Shown: positions 13,101 through 25,860 of the stretch, in pieces
How the letters are laid out: each line of letters starts with the position of its first letter
Numbering within the stretch: position 1 is the stretch's first letter
Origin: Eledone cirrhosa
Lineage: Eukaryota
Assembly (NCBI GenBank): GCA_964016885.1
Contig: OZ024741.1
Location: 27,776,001-27,840,000 of the forward strand
DNA: 64,000 bases
Direction: 5' to 3'
Notes under the pieces: model-generated
Database searches by the model: none
Seen by the model: only the letters and a program-made list of their open reading frames with translations
What the model was told of the DNA's origin: nothing
Program-made: the position numbers and the translations under genes

Positions 13101-15339
13101 CAATCAGCCAGTCCACACACACACAGACAGACAGACAGACAGACAGTCAATCAGCCAGTCCACACACACACAGACAGTCAATCAGCCAGTCCACACACAC
13201 ACACACAGACAATCAGCCAGTCCACACACACAGACAGTCAAATCAGCCATTCCACACACACAGACAGTCAAATCAGCCAGTCCACACACACAGACAGTCA
13301 AATCAGCCAGTCCACACACACAGAGACAGGCAGACAGTCAATCAGCCAGTCCACACACACACAGACAGACAGACAGTCAATCAGCCAGTCCACACACACA
13401 CAGACAGACAGACAGACAGTCAAATAGCCAGTCCACACACACAGACAGTCAATCAGCCAGTCCACACACACACACACACAGTCAATCAGCCAGTCCACAC
13501 ACACAGACAGTCAATCAGCCAGTCCACACACACAGACAGTCAATCAGCCAGTCCACACACACAGACAGTCAATCAGCCAGTCCACACACACAGACAGTCA
13601 AATCAGCCAGTCCACACACACAGACAGTCAATCACCCAGTCCACACACACAGACAGTCAAATCAGCCAGTCCACACACACAGACAGTCAATCAGCCAGTC
13701 CACACACACACACAGACAATCAGCCAGTCCACACACACACAGACAGTCAAATCAGCCAGTCCACACACACAGACAGTCAATCAGCCAGTCCACACACACA
13801 CACAGACAATCAGCCAGTCCACACACACAGATAGTCATATCAGCCAGTCCACACACACAGACAGTCAATCAGCCAGTCCACACACACAGACAGTCAATCA
13901 GCCAGTCCACACACACAGACAGTCAATCAGCCAGTCCACACACACAGACAGTCAATCAGCCAGTCCACACACACAGACAGTCAATCAGCCAGTCCACACA
14001 CACACACAGACAATCAGCCAGTCCACACACACAGACAGTCAAATCAGCCAGTCCACACACACAGACAGTCAATCAGCCAGTCCACACACACACACAGACA
14101 ATCAGCCAGTCCACACACACAGACAGTCAAATCAGCCAGTCCACACACACAGACAGTCAATCAGCCAGTCCACACACACACACAGACAATCAGCCAGTCC
14201 ACACACACAGACAGTCAAATCAGCCAGTCCACACACACAGACAGTCAATCAGCCAGTCCACACACACACAATCAGCCAGTCCACACACACAGATAGTCAT
14301 ATCAGCCAGTCCACACACACAGACAGTCATATCAGCCAGTCCACACACACAGACAGTCAAATCAGCCAGTCCACACACACAGACAGTCAAATCAGCCAGT
14401 CCACACACACAGACAGTCAATCAGCCAGTCCACACACACACACACACAGTCAATCAGCCAGTCCACACACACAGACAGTCAATCAGCCAGTCCACACACA
14501 CAGACAGTCAATCAGCCAGTCCACACACACAGACAGTCAAATCAGCCAGTCCACACACACAGAGACAGGCAGACAGTCAATCAGCCAGTCCACACACACA
14601 CACAGACAATCAGCCAGTCCACACACACAGACAGTCAAATCAGCCAGTCCACGCACACAGACAGTCATATCAGCCAGTCCACACACACAGACAGTCATAT
14701 CAGCCAGTCCACACACACAGACAGTCAAATCAGCCAGTCCACACACACAGACAGTCAATCAGCCAGTCCACACACACACACAGACAATCAGCCAGTCCAC
14801 ACACACAGACAGTCAAATCAGCCAGTCCACACACACAGACAGTCATATCAGCCAGTCCACACACACAGACAGTCAAATCAGCCAGTCCACACACAGACAG
14901 TCAATCAACCAGTCCACACACACACACACACACAGACAATCAGCCAGTCCACACACACAGAGTCAAATCAGCCAGTCCACACACACAGACAGTCAAATCA
15001 GCCAGTCCACACACACAGACAGTCAATCAGCCAGTCCACACACACAAAGTCAATCAGCCAGTCCACACACACAGAGACAGGCAGACAGTTAATCAGCCAG
15101 TCCACACACACACACACACACACACAGACAGGCAGTCTGCCAGTCCACACACAAACGCACACAGGCAGTCTGCCAGTCCACACACACACAGAGGCAGGCA
15201 GTCTGCCAGTCCACACACACACACACACAGGCAGGCAGTCTGCCAGTCCACACACACACACACACAGGCAGGCAGTCTGCCAGTCCACACACACACACAG
15301 AGAGACAGGCAGGCAGTCAGTCAACCAGTCCACACACAG
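7170..15339. repeat. ~8.2 kb CA-rich minisatellite, unit about CAGACAGTCAA(A)TCAGCCAGTCCA(CA)n (26-36 bp)
   Basis: Direct reading. Includes a 2171-bp higher-order duplication and a regular 30-bp sub-array at about 12095-13075. Confidence 0.98.
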
Positions 15340-15349
15340 TTTTACTTAC

Positions 15350-15438
15350 TTGTTTTGTTCTTGCTTTGGATTCTGAGGAGAGATTGTTATATGTATAATG
15401 AGCTTGAGTGATACCACAAAATAGGACAGCAACAATTC
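15350..15438 (-). CDS. NHE6/7/9-like exon 9
   Basis: TTCAG|(G)[29 protein letters not shown]|GTAAGT. 89 bp. Very close to the NHE6/7/9 [21 protein letters not shown] motif. Confidence 0.98.
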
Positions 15439-15928
15439 CTGAAACAAAGAAGTACACATATATAAGTACATATATATATATAGAGAGAGATTAAGTAAAA
15501 TCTATTTACACTCTGCACACTACACCCACCTTAACTCTGGAATACAACCCACATGAGACAGACCTTGTACCAGCATTGAGTGCTTCAAACGGTGCGCTGG
15601 CCTATAACTATAGTTACACACCTAACTAACATATATGTATATATATACAAAGATCGGAATTAAGAGTATTCCGCAGTTCACAGTAATAATAATAATAGTA
15701 TTAGCTCAAAGAAGAATAGAGAATTTTCTTCTGAGCTCAAATGCAAATATATTATACAAAGAGAAGTGTGTTACACAGTGAGATGTGTGTAAAGAATTAT
15801 TACAAGTGAGTTTTACCGTTACTGTATAGAGAACAATATCCACAGGTTTAGCAATTAAATAGAAAAAAACTAAGTCAGAATCAAATCTCTGAATTAGAGT
15901 TTTAAATTACCAAGCTTATAACTATAAG

Positions 15929-16005
15929 TTTGCTGATACGAATCTCACTTCGTTTCACCACCGACATGTGCAGTGTAACAGTTCACAGGATCCTCAGTCA
16001 GCAAA
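15929..16005 (-). ncRNA. Hammerhead-like fold, intact core with irregular stem II
   Basis: TTTGCTGA-CTGAGGA-[34 nt]-GAAA-CGAA(GTGAGA)TTCG-TA-TCAGCAAA. 8-bp stem I, well-paired stem III, GUA triplet; base of stem II is mismatched. Confidence 0.55.
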
Positions 16006-16271
16006 TGTGGATACTGTTCACGACACATCTAACCTCATGGATAGAGAGAAAGCTAATATACACCCTGCCCAGAGTAGGGCGAAATCACGTGTTATTTGCA
16101 TCAAATAACGGCTCTCAAGGATTGGGGAAAATGACATCTCACTGTGTAATACACTTCTCTTTGTGTAATATATTTATATATATATATATAACAAAGGAAT
16201 TGTGGTAAGGAACCAGATGGACCATAACGCACCAGAGTACTCAATACTTAGGGTAGTAGAGTGGGTAATAG

Positions 16272-16382
16272 GAAAATGTATGACCCCAATGGCAGAGCTC
16301 AAGCCGTTTCGACGGCTATTTCTGGAGTCCAGAAATAGCCGTCAAAACGGCTTGGGCTCTGCCGTCGGGGCCATACATTTTC
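16272..16382. repeat. 111-bp near-perfect inverted repeat (fold-back)
   Basis: 55-bp arms around a single central G, 5 mismatches, all transitions. Confidence 0.9.
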
Positions 16383-16640
16383 ATATATATATATATATAT
16401 TATATATATAGCCAGTAGTTAAGCATTACAGGGGTGTATATGAAAGCATGAGACCCATGTTATCAAAGAAAAAATTATTTTTCTTTTGTTCAGTGAACAT
16501 GTCACACATATCTCAGTAGCAGTCGAGATTGCCGGACAACTGTTTCAAGAAGCCATTCCAATATTAAATTTTCGTGGTTCTCACTCTACTTATGCATTGA
16601 GTACCTTATTTACTGTGATTACCCCCAATTTCACTCAATA

Positions 16641-16697
<57 letters not shown>

Positions 16698-16842
16698 TCT
16701 TTAACTTGGTATTGTTCCAACATTTATTCCTTTGTTTTTCCTTTTATTTAGCATAAATATTACCATTGTACACATTTTTTACATATGTCTTTTATCCATC
16801 CACAGCAGACCAGATCAACATCAGACGACATTATCTACTTAC

Positions 16843-16948
16843 CTGTTAGTCCAGCAGCCTCCGCAGCTTGGAATGTACTGTAAGACATCAGGAAGAACAA
16901 CGCTGTTTCTAATAAAGGATATTCTCTAATCTTTGTATATTTTGTCAT
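16843..16948 (-). CDS. NHE6/7/9-like exon 8
   Basis: TTCCTTAAT-TTGCTTAC|[35 protein letters not shown](G)|GTAAGT. 106 bp, AC acceptor. Confidence 0.95.
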
Positions 16949-17105
16949 GTAAGCAAATTAAGGAAACATGTTTATAAATATATAAAATAATAATAATTGT
17001 TTCTACTTTAGGCACAAGGCCAGCAATTACCCAGTGCATTACTGGTACTTTATTTTATCGAATAATGAAAATTGTGTACTGTGCTCAGGTGCATGTGTAG
17101 TACAT

Positions 17106-17198
<93 letters not shown>

Positions 17199-17614
17199 AG
17201 AGGGAGAGAGAGGGAGGGATAGAGAGAGGGATAGAGAGGGGGGGGGGGATATGGAAAGAGAAATATTTTTTATATTATGGGGTTATTTTTTTCATCCCAC
17301 CAGATGACCAAAAATCACCCACCTCACCAAGTAAGCTTGCTGAGGTTGCCAATTTAATCGCAGATGACCCAACCGTGTTACAGGTTTTACTGGGCTACAT
17401 GTTACCAGTAGCGCTCATGAGCGACCTGACATAATATACATACATGTATGTGCATATACATACAAATATACATACACACACACACACACATATATAAATA
17501 TATATACACACACGCACACAATCATACATCATCATCATCGTTTAACGTCTATCTTCCACACTAGCATGGGTTAGACCATATAATTATATACACATACATA
17601 TATATATATGTATG

Positions 17615-17654
<40 letters not shown>

Positions 17655-17659
17655 TATGT

Positions 17660-17691
<32 letters not shown>

Positions 17692-20600
17692 GTGTATATA
17701 TATATGTATATGTGTATATATATATGTATATGTGTATATATATTTATATGTATATGTGTATGTATATGTATATATATATGTATATGTGTATATATATATA
17801 TCATCATCATCACTGTTTTACGTCCATTCTTCCACGCTAGCATGGGTTATACGGGAACTGATATCATCATCATCATCATCATTTTACATCCGCTTTTCCC
17901 TGCTTGCAAGGGTGGAACGGGTCTTATTCAGCACAGCATCTCTCCACTTGTCACGGTCCTTCGTCATCTCAACCGTGGTCTACCTCTACCACGTCTTCCT
18001 TCAACTGGCACTTCTTCACCCATCGGTCATCCTCCATGCGCATCACATGTCCATACCACCTCAGTCTCCTCTCTCGCACACTACATTCTATCCCTCTCAG
18101 ACACAGTTTCTCTCTCAACACATTCATGCTGGGTTGTTCATGCACATTGACATTGCACATCCAACGGAGCATGCTTACCTCATTATATATATATACACAC
18201 ACACACACACAAATCTGGAGTAATGTGCAGGGCAATACTAATGGTTTATAATTTAGGCACAAAGTCAGCAATTTTGGTAGACAGAGGGGAGGGGGAAATC
18301 GATTAAATTGACTCCAATATTTAATTGGTATTTAGATTGACTCTGGAAGGATAAAGGTAAAGCTAACCTCGGTGGGATTTAAAATCAGAATGTAAGGAGC
18401 TGGATCAAACACCACAAGGCATTTTCTCCGATGTTTTACAACATCGGTCATATAACATCTCAAAAAAAGGGGAAAAATTAAATAAATATAAAAGAAAACA
18501 GCCAACTTCTTTGGTTTGTGGATGACACAGTTTATAAATGTTGATCAATAAGTTAATAGTTCAAATTTTAAATATAATATGGTTTACATGGTTACTGAAC
18601 CACCCGACTATTGTGTAAGGGAAACCAACTGGTACACACAGATATACACACATATATATATCCATTATTATTATTTCCATACAATAAAGTACCAGTAATG
18701 CACTGGTTAATTGCTGGTCTTGTGCCTAAAGTAGAAACAATTATTATTTCCATACAATGAATGAGGAATGGAAAATGTTTTAAGATGAGGTGATGTCTGC
18801 TGTGTTGAATAAATAAGTATAGAACTAGTAATGGAAAATAACCATGTAATAAATATGTGCTGAGTAGCAAAGATGAAAGGAGACACCTTTCATTGTTGTT
18901 GTTTAGCCCAAAGTCAGCCATGATTGAACAGATCTATGATCAAAGGTACTTTAGCTATGACCAGACTCTTGTCGATGGAAGTGGGGAGGTCAGCAGCTAA
19001 TAACTAATACGTTCTTTCCTTGTTTAACCCTTTTGATACAAGTAATGCTTTTATTATATTAAATTGCTTAATTTAAAGTATTCATATTTAATTTAAAACC
19101 TTCCATCAGAATTTTATGTAAGAACATTTTGTTAAGTAATATTCCAAACATCAGCATAATGAAAAAATTAAGCTATATTACTAAATTCCTTCAAATTTTT
19201 CATTTAGAAAAAGAAAATTGAAACAATAAATTGAAAAAAGGGACTATGAATTTCGTTAGAAATATAGTAACAAAAGGTTAAAATGGCAGGGTGTGATTTG
19301 TGACAAATTTGACTGCTATTTCTAACAGTTCATAATGACCACACAGATGCTCCCCTAGTTAGCATGTCACTATATAAAAAATTTCCATGAATAAAGAGAG
19401 TGGTTGTTTTTGTTGTTGCTTAACATCAGTTCAGCAGACATATGATAAAATGGTAGAGCAACACACAAAATGTTATGTGATATTTGTTCTAGCTCTTTAC
19501 ATTTCAAATTCAAATTTCACCAAGGTCAACTTTGCCTTTCCTCCTCCTGGGGTCAATAAAATATAGTAGCAGTCATGTAGCAGGGTCAATTTATTTGAAT
19601 TTCCTGCACATAGAAAGATTGTTAGCTTTGTGCCTAAATTAGAAACCATTATTATTATTATCATTATTATTTCCTTTATTTATAGGGCGGTGGATTGGCA
19701 GTATCGGTAGAGCGTCAGACACTATGCTTTGCAGCATAGAGTTATGGCTCTTTACATTCTGAGTTCAAATCCCGCCGAGGTTAACTTTGCCTTTCATCCT
19801 TACGGGTTCGATAAAATAAAGTACCAGTAATGTACTGGGGTAATTGCTGGCAAAAGTAAAAACAATTATTATTTCTATTGTACATCATTACTGTTTTACC
19901 AAACACAGCTTTCTGAGCCTTAGGTATGAGCAGTGTAGTTTTTGCTGATGTTTCTATTATATTGATAGTACTTTTCGTAATATGTATGCAGTGCTTTGTA
20001 GTGCTATCTTTTGTATACTGTATATATTTGTAAGTTCTGGGGTTTGGGCTATCAGTAGAGGGTTGGATGCCATGCTTTCTAGCATAGTTACGTCCCTTTA
20101 CGGTCTGAGTTCAAATCCCGCCGAGGTTAACTTTGCCTTTCATCCGTACGGGGTCAATAAAATAGAGTACCAGTAATACACTGGAGTCGATTTAATCGAC
20201 ATTTCCCTCTCCCCAAATTGCTGGCCTTGTGACTATATAAGAAACCATTATTATTATTATTATTATTATCATTATTATTATTATTATTATTGCTCTTATT
20301 ATTATTATAAATCCTGCCGAGGTTAGCTTTGCTTTTCATCTTTACGAGGTTGATAAAATAAAACCCCAGTAATGCACTGGGGTCAACTTTCCTCTCTCCC
20401 AAAATTTCTGGCCTTGTGCCTATAGTAGAAATGATTATTATTATTTGAAACGGCGGTGAATTGGCAGATCCAGTAGAGCGTTTGACATCATGCTTCGCGA
20501 GATAGAGTTACGTCCCTTTGCATCCTGAGTTCAAATCCCGCCAAGGTTTGCTTTGCCTTTCATCCTTACGGGGGTCGATAAAATAAAGTACCAGTCACGC

Positions 20601-20870
20601 ACTGGAGTCGATTTAATCGACTTTCCCCTCCCCCAAATCAGAAACCACTATTTCTTGAAACTTCCTTTGAATTCTGCTTCTTTCCAAAATCATGCCGAGT
20701 GTCAACCTGACACCTGAGGCAAAATTTGATAATACACACATTTTGCAATCAATTGTCATACAAATGATGTCACAAGCAGTAAATGGGGGCAGGGGGGGTT
20801 GATTGTAAATGGTGGAGGGGTGTAGGAAAAATGATGATGATAATGATCTTTCTTGTATGTGAAAGGATAT
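16949..20870 (-). other. U12-type (minor spliceosome) AT-AC intron
   Basis: 5' site ATATCCTTT at 20870, branch site TTCCTTAAT at 16957-16965, terminal AC at 16949-16950. Joins exons 7 and 8 in phase 0. Confidence 0.93.
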
Positions 20871-21006
20871 CAAAGCTGTTATGCAGCCAATGGCAGCTCC
20901 AATGAGAAAGGCCCCTAGAAAGACTCCGACAAAGTTACCAAGAGAACTAAAGAATGCATTAGCTTGGTTCTCTCCTCCTGCAGCATGGGCGTACTGTTCA
21001 ACAGCT
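20871..21006 (-). CDS. NHE6/7/9-like exon 7 (followed by a U12 AT-AC intron)
   Basis: TGCAG|(R)AVEQYAHAAGGENQANAFFSSLGNFVGVFLGAFLIGAAIGCITAL|ATATCCTTTC. 136 bp, phase 2 to 0. Confidence 0.95.
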
Positions 21007-21364
21007 CTGCAACAGAAGACATTGAAAAAATGTAGTTTCATCAACCATAATAAGACACCATTTATGTACATCTGTCTGTAACACTTTAAAATTTATACAC
21101 ACACACATATACGTATATACACAATGAGTTTCCTATCTTAGACATGTTGCTACAATAAGAAGTTAATTTTCCAATCACAAGGTTCTGGGTTCTAACCCTA
21201 CATTTGTCCCTGTAAGTAGATATTCTCTAAAGCTACACACTACATTTAACCAACTATGTCATCTGTACATATATATATATCCCCCCTCCATACACATGCA
21301 CACATGTATTTATATATATTATATATTATATATTATATATTATATATATATTCATTTATCATTT

Positions 21365-21702
21365 TTCATTTCATTTTACGTCCGCTTTTCCCTGCTTGCA
21401 AGGGTGGGATGGGAACTGATTCTGGCATGATTTCTACAGCTGGATGCCCTTCCTAACACCAACCTCATTTACAGTGAGTGCTCGGTGCTTTTTTTTTTTT
21501 GCCGTGGCACCTCCACGACCACTTTGTAGTGGAATGATAGGGACCCCAGTCCCTATCATCTCATTTCTACAGCTGAGTCAACTGGAGCAATGTGAAATAA
21601 AGTCTCTTGCTCAAGGAAACAACACATCATCCGGTCTGAGAATTGAACTCACAACCTTTCGATTGCAAAGCCAATGCTCTAACCACTAAGCCATGTGCCT
21701 CC
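21365..21702 (-). mobile_element. tRNA-derived SINE, family A (CORE-like centre, RTE-like tail)
   Basis: Minus-strand head GGAGGCACATGGCTTAGTGGTTAGAGC...GAGTTCAATTCTC with A/B boxes. Highly similar copies at 21845-22197 and 34020-34355. Confidence 0.85.
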
Positions 21703-21844
21703 ATTATATATATATATATATCCTCCCTCCATACACACGCACACATGTATTTCATGACTCGTACACTGTTCATTTTTCTGACATTTGTACATTATTCTAT
21801 GTACTATACATACACCTTTGATGAGTTGTAGTGCACCTGAGCAC

Positions 21845-22197
21845 GGCACATGGCTTAGTGGTTAGAGAATTGGGCTTGCAATCGAAAGGTTGTGAGTTCA
21901 ATTCTCGGACCGGGTGATGTGTTGTTTCCTTGAGCAAGACACTTTATTTCACATTGCTCCAGTTTACTCAGCTGTAGAAATGAGATGATAGGGACTGGGG
22001 TCCCTATCATTCCACTGCAAAGTGGTCGTATAGGCGGCACGGCAAAAAAGCACCCAGCACTCACTGTAAATGAGGTTGGTGTTAGGAAGGGCATCCAGCT
22101 GTAGAAATCAAGCCAGAATCAGTTCCCCGTCTAACCCATGCTAGTGTGGAAGAACGGACGTAAAACGGTGATGATGATGATGATGATGATGATGATG
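21845..22197 (+). mobile_element. tRNA-derived SINE, family A
   Basis: TGGCTTAGTGG (A box), GTTCAATTC (B box), CCTTGAGCAAGACACTT, (GAT)n tail. Confidence 0.85.
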
Positions 22198-22659
22198 TAC
22201 AGCCTATATATATGTACAGCATATATATATATATATATGTATGTACAGCATATATATATATATACAGCCTATATATATATGTGTGTGTACAGCACACACA
22301 TATATATATATATATATATATGTGCAGCCTATGTACAGTATATATGTATGTACAGCATATATATATGTACATGTTAGGTGCCAGATGTTTGTGGAATATT
22401 CAACCAAATACATGTTAATTCAGCAGTTTGACATTCAGATGATTGGACAACTGAACGTTGATGGAAACTAATAAAGGATCTGACATTTTTAGTATTTTAC
22501 ATAGATTTATAGATTTTCTTATGTTTTAACCCTTTAGTTTCCAACCTAACCAAAGCCAGCTCTGGTTCTATGAAATAAAATCACCCATTTTAAAGGTTTC
22601 CAATATAAATTAAAATCTTCCAACATAATTTTATATAAGAACCTTACTTTAAGTTACTA

Positions 22660-23144
22660 TCTAAACTATAATAAAGTAAGGAGCGCGGGACTGCGTACTG
22701 TTTATAATTTTTTATCCCATTAGTAAAATAAGTTGGATTACTTTGAATAAATAATGAATGAATATTACATAATTTATCTACTAAATTTCGTGGCTGTTGA
22801 TTAAATATATTTTGTTTATTTAAAGATTCACTTCTTTAAAATTTCTGAAATGTCAACACTTCCAGTTGGCCATCGCTTAAATAAATATTCATATATTTCT
22901 GTCACTAATTTTCTCCTAATGCAGTTTATATATAATATCATCTTTTTTAATGTATCATGGATTACGTTACTGATTAAATAAGACAGTGTAACGCAGTCTT
23001 CGTTCAATTTCTATGTATTATATATTGTCAATTACGATTTTATTTGATGTATCATATCTACATGTATATATACCTGCGTATAATATCAATATACACACTA
23101 CACATGCTAGCAGAAAACCACCCGAGTGGTGTTTTTTCTGCTAG
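22660..23144 (+). mobile_element. Non-autonomous Helitron nested in a TTAA MITE
   Basis: A|TC...CTAG|T with a long terminal hairpin (CTAGCAGAAAACCAC-CCGA-GTGGTGTTTTTTCTGCTAG). Removing it restores a MITE similar to the copy at 46794-47030. Confidence 0.75.
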
Positions 23145-24234
23145 TCTTGATAATGAAATAAAAAATAATTTTAGTAAATCCCTCAAAATTCTTCATTAAT
23201 TAATTATAATAGAGTGTATTTCATTAGAAATGCAGCCATGAAAGGGTATAAACATCAAACACACTATCATAGTGGGGGCTGCAACTCCTGAGGGAGCCGT
23301 AAGGGGGCCATATTGTCATACAATATTTTTAAACATTTTTTTAGACCTGACAGAGCCCATCTCTCCAGGTCTACCCTAGTAATAAGCAATAAAACTAACG
23401 TACACAAGATTAAAGCAAGAATCAAATACAAGCTCCAACAAACACTAAAACAACAACACATGCATCTTCAGGCCAATTCCTCTGCACAGGTGGAGGCTAG
23501 CCTTGTGATCTTCCAGGACAATCTTCTCTATTTGGGCCCTCTCCTCCCCACCATCCCCCTCACCAATCCCCACCATCCCCACCATCATCCCCTCACCAAT
23601 TCCCACCATCACTCCCTCACCAATCCCCACCATCCCCCTCACCAATCCGCACCATCATCCACTCAGCAATCCCCAGGTTTTCATTTCCTCCTCCATCATC
23701 TTTAGTAATTTCTTTCTTGGTCTTCCCCTTCCACTGCTTCCTTCCACATTCATTTCTATCCCTCTCCTCACTCAGTCACTTTCATCTTTCCTCAACACAC
23801 GACCCAGCCATCTCATTACATTTCTCTTTACAACATCCATCACTGGCTCTATTCTTATTATCTACAAGTCATTGTTTGTCTTCCTTTCTCAGAGTGATAC
23901 TCTGCTCATCTACTGAACCAATCTCATTTCCAACAAACACTGATCAAAACTAATCAAAACACACAAATGGGTGTGTATCATCATGATTATTTTTACAACC
24001 ACTTTTCCATGCTAGCATGGGTTGGATGAGATGTTTTGACATGTTTCATAACCAGATGTTCTTCTTCACACCAACCTTTTAGTCACTTCTGTATCAATGA
24101 AATCCTTAAATAAAATATGAAAAAAAAATGAACGCAATGTAACTACAAAACACATAGACAGACAGACAGGCAGGCAGGCAAAATAAGAGACAGACTAATT
24201 GAGCCAAACAAAATGAGTTTCAGGCAGTACGTAC

Positions 24235-24340
24235 CGAGACAACACTATAGCTACTGCATCATTGAGCACACTTTCACCAAAGACAAGGGCATACAAATCA
24301 ACATCGACATTGAGATCATGGAAAATAGCCAGAATTGTAA
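24235..24340 (-). CDS. NHE6/7/9-like exon 6
   Basis: TTCAG|(V)[34 protein letters not shown](R)|GTACGT. 106 bp. Carries the ion-binding 'GES.LND' motif. Confidence 0.98.
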
Positions 24341-24408
24341 CTGAAATGAAACAACACATTATTATTAACATTATTATCATCATTATTATTATTATTATTT
24401 TAACATTA

Positions 24409-24886
24409 AGGCAACATTGACAGACTGCTGAGGGTCAGAGGTGTGTTTTCACTGCTCAGCTCAGGCAACATTGACAGACTGCTGAGGGTCAGAGGTGTGT
24501 TTTCACTGCTCAGCTCAGGTAACATTGACAGACTGCTGAGGGTCAGAGGTGTGTTTTCACTGCTCAGCTCAGGTAACATTGACAGACTGCTGAGGGTCAG
24601 AGGTGTGTTTTCACTGCTCAGCTCAGGTAACATTGACAGAACTGCTGAGGGTCAGAGGTGTGTTTTCACTGCTCAGCTTAGGTAACATTGACAGACTGCT
24701 GAGGGTCAGAGGTGTGTTTTCACTGCTCAGCTCAGGTAACATTGACAGAACTGCTGAGGGTCAGAGGTGTGTTTTCACTGCTCAGCTCAGATAACATTGA
24801 CAGACTGCTGAGGGTTAGAGGTGTGTTTTCACTGCTCAGCTCAGGTAACACTGACAGACTGCTGAGGGTCAGAGGTGTGTTTTCAC
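24409..24886. repeat. 54-bp minisatellite, about 9 copies
   Basis: Unit GGTAACATTGACAGACTGCTGAGGGTCAGAGGTGTGTTTTCACTGCTCAGCTCA; 18-aa periodicity in the ORF track. Confidence 0.95.
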
Positions 24887-24959
24887 ATATATATATGTTG
24901 ATATACTATCATGTGTGTGTGTGTGTTGATATGCTGATGATCTAACACTCACACAGTGA

Positions 24960-25860
24960 ATCTATGCCAGAATTAGAAAAAAAATTCCAGACCTGGAAGC
25001 ATAACTTGGAATCAAAAGGTCTTAAAATTAACTTGGCAAAGATTAAACTCCTAGTAAGAGATAGGGAAAACAAACCCCTGATCCCTTCAAGGAAATAGCC
25101 TTGTTTAGTGTATGGAAAAGAAGTAGATACAAATTACATCCTATGTCACAAATGCAAAGTATGGGTACACAAGAGATATAGTGGGATCTCAAGCAGGCTA
25201 GCAAAGAATGTATGTTTTACATGTGGTTTATGCACAGGAGCAGTAAGTTTTCACAGGACACAAGCTCTTTAAATGCTCAGAGGGCATTTAGAAATAGTTG
25301 ATAGCTTCTGTTACCTGCATGACTAAATTAGCAGTGGAGGTGGATGTTCTGAAAGTACAGCAGCTAGAGAGAGAATAGGATGGAAATCGTTCAGGGACCT
25401 ATTATTGCTGCTAGCTACAAAAGCTTTTTCTTTCAAAATAAAGGGCAAATTGTATCCTGCGTACCTACGAACAGCAATGCTGCATGGTGGTGCTGTGTGC
25501 AAAAGACCTATAAAGATTGGAAAGAAATGAAGCTTGCAAGCTTCGTTGGCTATGCAATAGTAACATATATGAATGGTGAGGCATAAATGTACTGAAAGAA
25601 AGTGGGCATAAAAGGGGTCATATGCTGTGTGCAGGAGAGTAGACTGTAGTGGTAGGAACATGTGATGTGTATAGTGAATGACAGCTGTATAAAATGATGC
25701 AGGGTACTCAAAGTTGAAGAAAACTATGTAAGAGGAAGACCTAGGAATGCATGGGATGAAGTGATAAAAGCTAACCTTGCACAATTAAAGCTCTCAAAGG
25801 AGATGACAAAGGATCAAGATCCTGGTGATATGCAGTACTGCAGAAGAACCACCTTCCCAT
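24960..25860 (+). mobile_element. Degraded RTE-clade LINE 3' fragment (others at about 1-150, 1400-1660, 17900-18190, 26790-27230, 41110-41330, 44690-45060)
   Basis: WKHNLESKGLKINLAKIK, LEIVDSFCYL and RIGWKSFRDLL here; [12 protein letters not shown] in the 17969 ORF; shared CCCATGC...GGAAAA...(GAT)n tails. Confidence 0.8.

Noticed and set aside
21845-21915. tRNA gene with a GCA anticodon-like loop
   Set aside because: Runs directly into a SINE body and tail and occurs in three copies, so it is a SINE head.
24409-24886. Regularly spaced repeats here and at 52503-52890 as CRISPR-like arrays
   Set aside because: Contiguous tandem units with no unique spacers, no cas genes, and a eukaryotic intron context.
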